Shown one piece after another: positions 29,266 through 37,667 of a stretch of DNA of 40,786 nucleotides. The notes beneath the pieces were generated by a model that worked only from the letters and a program-made list of their open reading frames with translations, searched no databases and was not told the DNA's origin. Both the position numbers and the translations under genes were made by a program. The DNA is from Candidatus Sericytochromatia bacterium (GTDB lineage: Bacteria > Cyanobacteriota > Sericytochromatia > S15B-MN24 > JAQBPE01): positions 23,652-64,437 of the forward strand of contig JBBAPZ010000018.1 in the NCBI GenBank assembly GCA_040400605.1. Reading direction: 5' to 3'. Positions within the stretch are counted from its first letter, which is position 1; each line of letters opens with the position of its first letter.

Positions 29266-31332
29266 TCACGGAATCGAGATTCTACGTACACGATGGGGTT
29301 CGGCAAAGTAAAGGTTTTTCGCCCCATCGTAAGTAATGCCAAGGGGTTGGGAGACGCGTGCCGGCGCGCCGCCTGATAACTCTTTAAATGCCACCTGAAC
29401 TCCCAAGGTCGTTACCATCCCTGATGGGGTGATTTTTCGAATGGCGTTGTTATCGCGATCTGTGACGTATACATTGCCCTGCTTGTCAACCGCGATACCA
29501 CTTGGTTTGTTAAACTGCGCAGTACTACCTTGGCCATCCTTGAATCCAGGTATTACGGCGCCTGCCAGAGTGGAGACTACTCCTTGAGATGTAATCGTTC
29601 GAATGCAGTTATTGCCCGTATCTGCTATGTATAGCGTACCAGACTGATCGACTGCTACTGCTTGTGGGCCAATGAACCTGGCATTGAGCACCGAACCGTT
29701 TAAGAGACCCGTTACACCGAGTACACCAGCTAGATTGGTAACAACGCCACCTGAACTAAGCGTCGCAATTCGATTTTGTTGTGTCAAAAATACGTTTCCA
29801 CTTTGGTCTGTAGCGATTCCCGACCATTCCGCCGAGCCCGAAGTAACAACCGTTGATACCAAACGGGTATCAATGTCAACCTTGCGAATCTTATAACCAT
29901 CATTTACGTACAGCTGGCCGCTGGCGTCATCGATGGCGACGCCGCGTAGCGAATAAAAACTGGCTTCTCCAGCCACACCGTCTTTCGCGTTTTGGTCACG
30001 GACTCCTGAACCAGCCAACGTGGAAACCTCTCCATTGAACAGGCTAATTTTGCGGATACGGTGGTTTGCTGGGTCTGCAACCGCAATCAAATTTCGCCGC
30101 GTCGATACGGCGATGGCCGTCGGAGCCAAGTAAAAACGGAATTGTGCTGAAGCGCTGGGACCATCTGCAAAACCTTCGGTCGAACCAGCAACGGTTGAAA
30201 CACGATATACCGCTTCGGATGGTGCAGCGCTCGGAACCAACGATGCGGATGGAACCGGGCTCTTTTGCGCCTGAGGTGCCGGGCTGGTAGAGATACCGGG
30301 TGTTGAGGTGTTTTGTGGTAGCGGCGCACTGGGTGTGGCACTTGGCGCGGAGGTTTTGCTAAGCTTATCAATGGCTGCTTTTAGATCATCGATCGACCCT
30401 TGAACTTTTGCAATATCCTGCCGAACTTCGCTGAGCAGGGATCGCAATTCAGCGATGTCTTCCGACAGTTTTGCCACGCTTGCCCTGACCGATGACTGAT
30501 CGCTGAAGTCGGGCAATTTGGATTCATCAAGCCGATCCACGAGCGTGGCAACGGCTGATTGAAACTTCGAAGCATTGAAATCCCCAATCTCGCTCCGCGT
30601 CAGACCATCAAGGACGCTGGTTGATGCCAGCGTTGAGGCTGCATTCACCTCGGTCGTGGCGCCCAACTGACTTGACCGCACCAAAGTGCGGAAGGTGGCC
30701 ACCTTACCCGATTGGGTGGGTACCTCGGCTACGACCAAGAAACTAAAGCCGATTGGAACGCCTCTGAAGCTGAAGCTGCCATCCGGTCCCGTCGAGGCGG
30801 TCATCACTTTTGGAAGCGGCTGTCCGCTGGCATCCGCCAGAAAAACCTTTGCACCCCGAAAGGGTACAGATGTAATCGGCTTCGGGTTCGCTGCCTGCAA
30901 ATGACGTGAAGATACTCGGGCGAAGGATTGAGTGAGCCTCGTCTCACGTGAAGTCAAAGTGGCTGCATTGTTCGAGATGATGCCGGCTCCAAGGTCGGAG
31001 TTTATGCGTGGCGCGCTCAATGAAGCAGGATCAGATGTTTTGATGACATTGGGAATCTTCAGGACTCCATTGATCACGGTACCCTCCGCGAGCGAATCAG
31101 CCGAATTGTTCAGTGAGGTCTTTCTATCGGAACTGTTGGTTTCTGGGGTGTTGATTGGAGCAGCACATCCTGCGAGGACGGCGCTCGCAATCGCAAGCGA
31201 CAAGAAGCCTCTGCGTGTTGATGCGGGTAATAACTGCTGCGGGTGCACCTGGAGAAGAGTTCCAATCATTGTCACGTCCCTTTCGAATCCGGATGTCGTT
31301 CTCATCAGTGAGTGATAGGTTAAATTCCTCAA
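29266..31332 (-). CDS. NHL-repeat lipoprotein with a Tat-like signal, beta-sandwich domain and coiled coil (start uncertain)
   Basis: STRRGFLSLAIASAVLAGC, GAKVFLADASGQP...TGPDGSFSF, heptad segment, Pro/Ser linker, C-terminal NHL repeats. Confidence 0.88.
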   Translation of the reverse strand: MRNLTYHSLMRTTSGFERDVTMIGTLLQVHPQQLLPASTRRGFLSLAIASAVLAGCAAPINTPETNSSDRKTSLNNSADSLAEGTVINGVLKIPNVIKTSDPASLSAPRINSDLGAGIISNNAATLTSRETRLTQSFARVSSRHLQAANPKPITSVPFRGAKVFLADASGQPLPKVMTASTGPDGSFSFRGVPIGFSFLVVAEVPTQSGKVATFRTLVRSSQLGATTEVNAASTLASTSVLDGLTRSEIGDFNASKFQSAVATLVDRLDESKLPDFSDQSSVRASVAKLSEDIAELRSLLSEVRQDIAKVQGSIDDLKAAIDKLSKTSAPSATPSAPLPQNTSTPGISTSPAPQAQKSPVPSASLVPSAAPSEAVYRVSTVAGSTEGFADGPSASAQFRFYLAPTAIAVSTRRNLIAVADPANHRIRKISLFNGEVSTLAGSGVRDQNAKDGVAGEASFYSLRGVAIDDASGQLYVNDGYKIRKVDIDTRLVSTVVTSGSAEWSGIATDQSGNVFLTQQNRIATLSSGGVVTNLAGVLGVTGLLNGSVLNARFIGPQAVAVDQSGTLYIADTGNNCIRTITSQGVVSTLAGAVIPGFKDGQGSTAQFNKPSGIAVDKQGNVYVTDRDNNAIRKITPSGMVTTLGVQVAFKELSGGAPARVSQPLGITYDGAKNLYFAEPHRVRRISIP

Positions 31333-31785
31333 AGTTTAACTGCTAATTGGTTATTCCCACCGTGGGCAATTTTTATCGTGTCGACAGAGGAAACCAGCAG
31401 TTTCACCGATCGAACCGCCTGACTACGGCAGCATCGTTACGCAAAAGAACCAAGCAATGGTGCCACTGACCGCCGAATGTCAAAAACAATTAACAAACAA
31501 TCGGTCAATCTGATGGTTGACCGACAGAGAGGGAACGCAGATTTGCTGTCCCGACAACACGCGCCAGGCCAGGACGCAAGGACTGTCATGGGCTGATTGC
31601 CTTTCTTGTTATCCGCCCTTAGAAGGTACTTTTTTAGTATATTTGTCTCACTCCATATTGGCACAAAGGGATTGGTGTTCGAACGTTGGTTGGTTTCAGG
31701 CATAAGCATTTTCTGTCGTCATGCGTCCGCGTCGGCGTAGACGGTCGAACGTCGTACAGTAGCGCAACGAACGCCCGCTGGACAG

Positions 31786-31822
31786 TTAAAATCCGCTGGT
31801 CTGTCAGTCAGACCAGCGGATT
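31786..31822 (-). terminator. Intrinsic terminator of the encapsulin operon
   Basis: 14-bp stem AATCCGCTGGTCTG/CAGACCAGCGGATT with a 5-nt loop and a short T-run on the - strand, about 30 nt after the encapsulin stop. Confidence 0.75.
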
Positions 31823-31849
31823 GATGTGTCGATGGGTTGGGTTGTTGTT

Positions 31850-32698
31850 TTAGGTGGCGGTGCGTTCGAAGCTTGCGATCGCCCCCGGCCGCTTGATGCG
31901 CAGCACGAAACTTTCGAACACGCGGAACAGGTGGTTCATGCGCTCGGGCCCCAGATAGGCTGTGATGAGATCTTGCCCGATCGCAATATCAAAGTTTTGA
32001 ATGCCCATCGACAAGACGACTCCAAGCTTGTCGCGCAGCATCGGCGTCTGGAAAACACCCCCGGTTGCGATTTCACGCACGTGGTTGAGCTCAAGCACGC
32101 CCGAATTCGCATAAACACGCTGCATCCGAGAATACGCGTGCGGGTTGACTACGACCGCGTAAGGCCCATAGAAACCTTCATTCATGAGTTGACGGGTTGC
32201 CGTGACGACATCGTTGAAAGCCATGCCCGCCTGGCCCCAGTCGCTGGCGGGAATGATCTGGCGCCCTTCGACGTTGGTTAGACCAGGATAGCCCAGATCA
32301 CTGACACCGTTGAAGATCACGTCATCTTCTTTCTGGGCACAAAAGGATGCCGCCGCCGCAGCCGCACCAAGGTCAATGGGCGAACCCACCATGCGATTGG
32401 ATTCCAAGTCGCGCCAGTACAGCATCAGGTCCTTGTAAATCAGTGGCAAATGCTCATGAATGCGGCGCTTCGCCCGCACAGGATCAGTGGATTCGCCAAG
32501 CGTGCTCACGACCGCGGCATCGGTACCGGTGAAGACGTCGTAATCAACATCCTGGGTACCCGCACCCAATGGACCAAACACCGGGATGACGCGACGGCCA
32601 ACCAGTTGCCGGCGCGCCACCTCGACCACCAGGGAGTCAATCTGCTGCCAATCTTCGTCGCGCAAAGGCGCGGATTTGCGGTCTAAAAAGTCATACAT
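31850..32698 (-). CDS. Family 1 encapsulin shell protein (Linocin M18/HK97 fold)
   Basis: DFLDRKSAPL...W..ID..VVEVARRQLVGRR.I...GPLGAG, EDDVIFNG, GFYGPYAVV, DIAIGQDL, FRVFESFVLRIKRPGAI. AGGAGG SD; 8-bp overlap with the cargo gene. Confidence 0.95.
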   Translation of the reverse strand: MYDFLDRKSAPLRDEDWQQIDSLVVEVARRQLVGRRVIPVFGPLGAGTQDVDYDVFTGTDAAVVSTLGESTDPVRAKRRIHEHLPLIYKDLMLYWRDLESNRMVGSPIDLGAAAAAASFCAQKEDDVIFNGVSDLGYPGLTNVEGRQIIPASDWGQAGMAFNDVVTATRQLMNEGFYGPYAVVVNPHAYSRMQRVYANSGVLELNHVREIATGGVFQTPMLRDKLGVVLSMGIQNFDIAIGQDLITAYLGPERMNHLFRVFESFVLRIKRPGAIASFERTAT

Positions 32699-33695
32699 GA
32701 TTTACCTCCTGTTGTTGCGCCCGAGGCCCGAGATCGTGCGAATGGGCATCCCCTTGTGATACGCCGAGTAAACCGCCGATGGTGAAACCATGATACGGGC
32801 AACGCCCAGTGGCTGCTGTCACAGGCGCCGGCGCCTCTTCCGGTCTGGTTGATTTCAAGCGCGTGACAAGCTCGCCCAAGAGGCCATCATGATAATCCTC
32901 ATGGCTGCGGATGCGCTCAAAAAGCGCTTTGACCTCAGCATCTCGGGTCGCCGCGGCCATCGTCTCATACTGCTTGGCAACTTCCAGTTCGCGGCCTTGA
33001 TCCAACTCAAGCATGCGCACCGCATCCGTGTGATACTCGAGCCGCTTTGCATCCCATTTGGGTGAGCCTCCCCGTTCGATCAACATTTCAGACAGCCAGC
33101 CCAAGTGCTGCATCTCATCAATTGCCACATCCTCCAAAACGCGACCCGCCGCCTGGTCTTTGAGCAAAAACGCATGATGCAGATATTGCAGAATGACCTC
33201 ATATTCATGGCCGATCGCAAACTCGAAAAACGACTGAAGTTCCTCTGATTGCAGCACTGGCAACGCATCCGTCCCTGTGTCAACCACGACGGCTGAGGGT
33301 TGCGCACGCCAATCGGCCCAGATGCGGGCAAGTTTGGCACGATGCTCGATTTTGTCGCTTAGAATGCGCGCCACAAGACGATCCGTGGCTTCTGAGGTCG
33401 ACGGCCACGTTTCGTAGCGTGCGATCGCAGCGTCCAACGCTGCTGAAACCATCCCGAAACCAGCTTCGGCACCATCCGGCCACGCGTCAATCTGTGCCCG
33501 TTCCAAGGTCGGAATGCCACCACCATCGACCACATGCTCGCCCAACCATTTAAAATGCCGCATTTGCTGCCGTGACAAGCTTTCAAGACGACTGGCACTG
33601 GTTGAATGCGACACGCGGTACGCTTGCGCAAGCACCAAAACAATGCCAGTGTGCTCGTCACGCAAGGCTGCTTGCAGTCGCGCGAGCGGATCCAT
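32691..33695 (-). CDS. Encapsulin cargo: tandem (double) ferritin-like protein with a cargo-loading peptide (alternative start 33737)
   Basis: Two four-helix ferritin-like repeats (EYEVILQY..DEMQH..ELEVAKQY..HEDYH in domain 2) and C-terminal GFTIGGLLG. Confidence 0.9.
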   Translation of the reverse strand: MDPLARLQAALRDEHTGIVLVLAQAYRVSHSTSASRLESLSRQQMRHFKWLGEHVVDGGGIPTLERAQIDAWPDGAEAGFGMVSAALDAAIARYETWPSTSEATDRLVARILSDKIEHRAKLARIWADWRAQPSAVVVDTGTDALPVLQSEELQSFFEFAIGHEYEVILQYLHHAFLLKDQAAGRVLEDVAIDEMQHLGWLSEMLIERGGSPKWDAKRLEYHTDAVRMLELDQGRELEVAKQYETMAAATRDAEVKALFERIRSHEDYHDGLLGELVTRLKSTRPEEAPAPVTAATGRCPYHGFTIGGLLGVSQGDAHSHDLGPRAQQQEVNHV

Positions 33696-34034
33696 TGATT
33701 TCGATTCCGGAATCACAGTCAAGCGCGCGAACCTCATACATGGTGGCAGAGACCAACCAGGAAGAAAGAAATGCGGCTGACCTCACCGCGATGAAACCGA
33801 CAAGTGCTGCAAAGTATACCAAATCCGGGTACATATGCACTACACTGGGGGAATCGGGGCGGACGCCGGTTGATTTTGCCAACGGCCACTTCATCGGGTG
33901 AATGTGGTTGAATGCCCGTTGAAGTTGCTTTATGCAGGCTGTTGGCAGGCGGGGTTCCTCGTTCGGCGCCACCCACCTCATCCCATCTGACACTTTGGCA
34001 TCAGATATTGCGTTCAGCCAGACGTGGGGGACCC

Positions 34035-35588
34035 ATGAACCAAACGGAACCGTTACCAAAAACAACGAAGAAGCGCATTGCGGTTTTTGTGATTGCTTAC
34101 GATGCCGTGAACACCCTTGCGCAAACGATTGAACGAATTCCCGCGTCAGTTTTGGCCGAGGTCGAAGAAATTTTCGTGATCGATGACTGCTCATCGGACA
34201 ATACGTTCTACGCCGCGCTCGGCTACAAACACGCCAGACATCTCGACAAGCTCAAGGTGTTCCGTAATCCCGTCAATTTGCGTTACGGTGGCAACCAGAA
34301 GCGTGGTTACCAATATGCCATCGAGCAGGGCTTTGATATCGTCGTGATGCTGCACGCCGATGGTCAGTATGCGCCCGAAGTCCTTGATTGCCTGCTTGAA
34401 CCCCTCCTCAAGGAGGAAGCGGATATGGTGTTTGGCAGTCGGATGGCGGCGGGTGGTGACCCGTTGGCGGGTGGCATGCCGCTATACAAGTTCGTGGGCA
34501 ATAAAATTTTGACGTGGATTGAAAACCGGATACTGGGCATGAACCTGTCTGAGTTTCACTCCGGGTACCGGCTGTATAACTGCCATGCGCTGGCGCGTTT
34601 GCCTTTTCATCTCAATTCCAATGAGTGGCATTTTGACACAGAGATTCTGATTCAGTACAAAGAGGCCAATTTTCGCATTGCGGAGCGCCCCATACCGACC
34701 TATTACGGCGATGAGATCTGTCATGTGAACGGTTTGGCATATGCGTGGAACTGCATCAAGTCGGTCTTGCGCTATCGTTGGCATAAGGCTGGCTGGATCC
34801 ATGTGCCGGCGTTTGATGTGGCGCAGGGCGTTGCTGGTCCTTATCGTCTCAAACCTGATTCAGCCAGCAGCCATGGGGTGATTCTTGCCGAAGTGGAACG
34901 GCTCAAGCCAAGGCGCGTGCTTGAAATTGGCACAGCCACCGGGTACCTGAGTGAAGCGTTCAGCCAGCGTGGCATCGCGGTCGTGGGGGTTGAGCTTGAT
35001 CCCGACATGGCCGCTTTGGCGCGTCCGCATTGCGAGCGTTTGATTGTTGGTGACATTGAGGCGCTCGATGTTGCCACCTTGGGGCATTCATTTGATGCGA
35101 TCGTCTTCGGTGATGTACTGGAACATCTCAAGGATCCCTGGAAAACACTCGAAAGACTGACCGCATGCCTGGCGCCCGGGGGACACGTCATCGTGTCGCT
35201 GCCGAATGTGGCACACTGGTTGTTGCGCTTGCGATTGTTGTTCGGGCGCTTCGACTATGAGCCAAGGGGCCCGATGGATCAGACCCACCTGCGCTTTTTT
35301 ACCCGCAAGACGGCTATCTCCCTCTTGCGTCAAGCTGGCTTGCGGCTTGGCACCACCCGGTCGACACCCATCCCCTTGCCAACCATCGCCGGATTTTTCG
35401 CTGCGGGTCAGCCCTTCGCCTGGGTGCATACCATCAACACCTGGTTCACGCACCTCCGTCCATCGTTGCTCGCTTATCAGTTTGTGCTGGTTGGCCAGAA
35501 ACCAACAACACCCACCGTGGTGCCGCCGACGACGGGAGAGTTGCGATTGTCCATTTCTCCCGAGGTCTCCGTCAAGCAGCAAGTGTGA
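34035..35588 (+). CDS. GT2 glycosyltransferase (DPM1-like) fused to a class I SAM methyltransferase
   Basis: VIDDCSSD, YGGNQKRGY, MLHADGQY, GSR, SEFHSGYR; then VLEIGTATG, GDVLEHL, SLPN, DQTHLRFFT. Confidence 0.92.
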   Translation: MNQTEPLPKTTKKRIAVFVIAYDAVNTLAQTIERIPASVLAEVEEIFVIDDCSSDNTFYAALGYKHARHLDKLKVFRNPVNLRYGGNQKRGYQYAIEQGFDIVVMLHADGQYAPEVLDCLLEPLLKEEADMVFGSRMAAGGDPLAGGMPLYKFVGNKILTWIENRILGMNLSEFHSGYRLYNCHALARLPFHLNSNEWHFDTEILIQYKEANFRIAERPIPTYYGDEICHVNGLAYAWNCIKSVLRYRWHKAGWIHVPAFDVAQGVAGPYRLKPDSASSHGVILAEVERLKPRRVLEIGTATGYLSEAFSQRGIAVVGVELDPDMAALARPHCERLIVGDIEALDVATLGHSFDAIVFGDVLEHLKDPWKTLERLTACLAPGGHVIVSLPNVAHWLLRLRLLFGRFDYEPRGPMDQTHLRFFTRKTAISLLRQAGLRLGTTRSTPIPLPTIAGFFAAGQPFAWVHTINTWFTHLRPSLLAYQFVLVGQKPTTPTVVPPTTGELRLSISPEVSVKQQV

Positions 35589-35660
35589 TGGGCCTTGCCT
35601 GGCGATACGATCGGTGATCAGGGTGTGGTTCAGTGAATCGGGCGGTCTGCCAAAGCGCCG

Positions 35661-36419
35661 TCAGGGGCGCTCAGGCGATCGCCCCCAGTCAAACATCCGC
35701 TCTGCCCGTAGCTCACGCTCGGCATGCCCCGTCATCAGGATGCGCAAGGCTTGCCGCAGTTGCGGCAATGGCGTGGCATCATCCCACTCAAGCCCCATTG
35801 GTAGTCCAAATTCCTGAAATCGAAGCAACAGATTCCATTCGCCGCTCGTCAGTCGTAACAGCTTACCCGGTGGAATACAGCGTTTGCAGCCTAGTCCACC
35901 CCATTGCTCACTGATGCCACGGATGGTTGCTTCAGTGAGCACGGCGCCGCAACCTTGGCATTGCTCGAGTTCGGGCCGGTAGCCAAGGCTATCCAGTAAC
36001 AAGAGTTCAAAGGCGATCAACAACGCCTCAGGCAGTTTGGCTTTGGGTAAACCCTGCAAAAATGTGTCGTAGCGATCGCAGATTTCAGTGACCACATCCT
36101 GTTCTGCCAATAACACCAATAACAACTCATTGGCCGCGAGTGCCGCAGCAAGGCGGTCGAAGTCCTCTAAAATTTTTTGATGCCGTTGCACCGTATCCAG
36201 TTGCGAAATGACCGGCATCCCACGACCATAGGCCAACAGGATCCGATTTTCACAAAATGGCGTGAGCCTTCCTGCCAACCGGCTTTTGGGCTTTTTGACG
36301 CCTTTGGCCACGGCACGCAGCAACCCTTGTTCACGGGTGAGCAATACCACCACGCGATCCGTCTCCTTGAAATCGTGATGACGCAGCAACCAGCCATCGA
36401 CCGTTTCGGTACGCCCCAA
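35661..36419 (-). CDS. recO: DNA repair protein RecO
   Basis: ETDRVVVLLTREQG..AVAKGVKKPKSRL, LGYRPEL..CxxC...CxxC. Confidence 0.92.
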   Translation of the reverse strand: MGRTETVDGWLLRHHDFKETDRVVVLLTREQGLLRAVAKGVKKPKSRLAGRLTPFCENRILLAYGRGMPVISQLDTVQRHQKILEDFDRLAAALAANELLLVLLAEQDVVTEICDRYDTFLQGLPKAKLPEALLIAFELLLLDSLGYRPELEQCQGCGAVLTEATIRGISEQWGGLGCKRCIPPGKLLRLTSGEWNLLLRFQEFGLPMGLEWDDATPLPQLRQALRILMTGHAERELRAERMFDWGRSPERP

Positions 36420-36906
36420 GCAACCCCCCTCAATCCAACCATCCGAGCGCCCACATTGAACGCCAATTCACGTTAACCATTCAATCAGTCACCCGCCCAC
36501 AGGCCAGGATCAATGACATACCACACAGTGACACAGCGATTGATGTCCAAAACCTGTGCGGCATATGAAAAGACATCAAGAAAACACGTGCTGATGTCCA
36601 ACACCAGCCAAAATTTGACCATCAATCAACGTTTTTCTGTAAAAACCCAAATTTTGGCTCGACCTCATCGTGATGAGCAAGGCCGTTACCTGCTACCCAA
36701 CATTCAAGTCAGTCGACGCTTGATTGGGCCCGGCAACAAAGCCCGTTGGTTGAGCCAACATGACGCCAGGCTGATGCGAGACAGCCTGTTTGCACCAACG
36801 TCGCCGCCCCTTGCAAAAAAATGCCCGAACAAGGAGCGATGAGCAACTGAAATCCCAATCGACATTGATTGACCGAGCACATTGTGACCGATCAGACGAA
36901 CGCTGA

Positions 36907-37410
36907 TCAATCCAAATAAAAGGTCGTTACGACTTTGTGGTTTTCCTGCGCGTAACGCACCGCTTCTTGCAAGGTATGACTTGAATGATAAAGGAAACAA
37001 ATTAACTGCTGACAGTTTTCGATGATTTCCTGGTTACACATCGCGGACGCCTGCGCCAAAGTGAGCAAGCGCCGTTCGGGATGCTCGCGAATGGTGGGGA
37101 GTGTTGACAGCAGCTCTTGACTCTCCGCACTTTGTTGCGAAATCGTTTGCGGCAGAATCACGAGCAGGTTGCCTGGATTGGCCCGCTGCACCCCTTTGAT
37201 TACCGCTGCATTGGTGCCGCTCGCACCGGAGGTCAGAATTTGGTTCCCGGTCAGAACCAAGGCATAGGCCAGCATTTCAATCAACTGCTGGTGCGTCAAT
37301 GACAGGTGCCGCGACCCCAAAATTGCGACCTTTTTGGAACCGGTCGCCTGGATCGTCTGCAATTCCTGCATAAATGTGTCAACGGAAAGCGGAATGTTGG
37401 TCACGTCCAT
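36907..37410 (-). CDS. Conserved cyanobacterial-type SLOG/DprA-like ('DNA recombination-mediator A') protein
   Basis: QEL..IQ.TGSKKVAILGSRH, ILTSGASGTNAAVIKG, VILPQ, CNQEII..CQQLICF, FYLD. Confidence 0.85.
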   Translation of the reverse strand: MDVTNIPLSVDTFMQELQTIQATGSKKVAILGSRHLSLTHQQLIEMLAYALVLTGNQILTSGASGTNAAVIKGVQRANPGNLLVILPQTISQQSAESQELLSTLPTIREHPERRLLTLAQASAMCNQEIIENCQQLICFLYHSSHTLQEAVRYAQENHKVVTTFYLD

Positions 37411-37667
37411 GGCTGGTCGGAATCCCTGTCAATGCTTGTGGCGCTACGCTGCTAGCTTAACACGATTTGCCGGGTGCGAAAAGTGACCGCTCCCACAGTA
37501 TGACCGGATAATGATCATGTCATCCTTCAAGTATGACCTTCCGCCGGTGATGTGATGCCGACCAGTCTGTCGTTTGGGCATCTTGCACTTCCTTGGTGGT
37601 GGACGCTGCGTGAGCGGATCGCTAGAATGGGCAAGTTTGGGCGGTGTATTGAATCAGGGAGGCCAGG

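Noticed and set aside
28506..29311. Cluster of short ORFs on both strands
   Set aside because: No motifs and mutually overlapping; none can be supported.
31850..32698. Prophage capsid or bacteriocin interpretation
   Set aside because: No phage genes nearby; the adjacent cargo with a loading peptide identifies an encapsulin.
36513..36842. 109-aa + strand ORF between recO and the SLOG gene
   Set aside because: Opposite to both neighbours, no motif, atypical composition.
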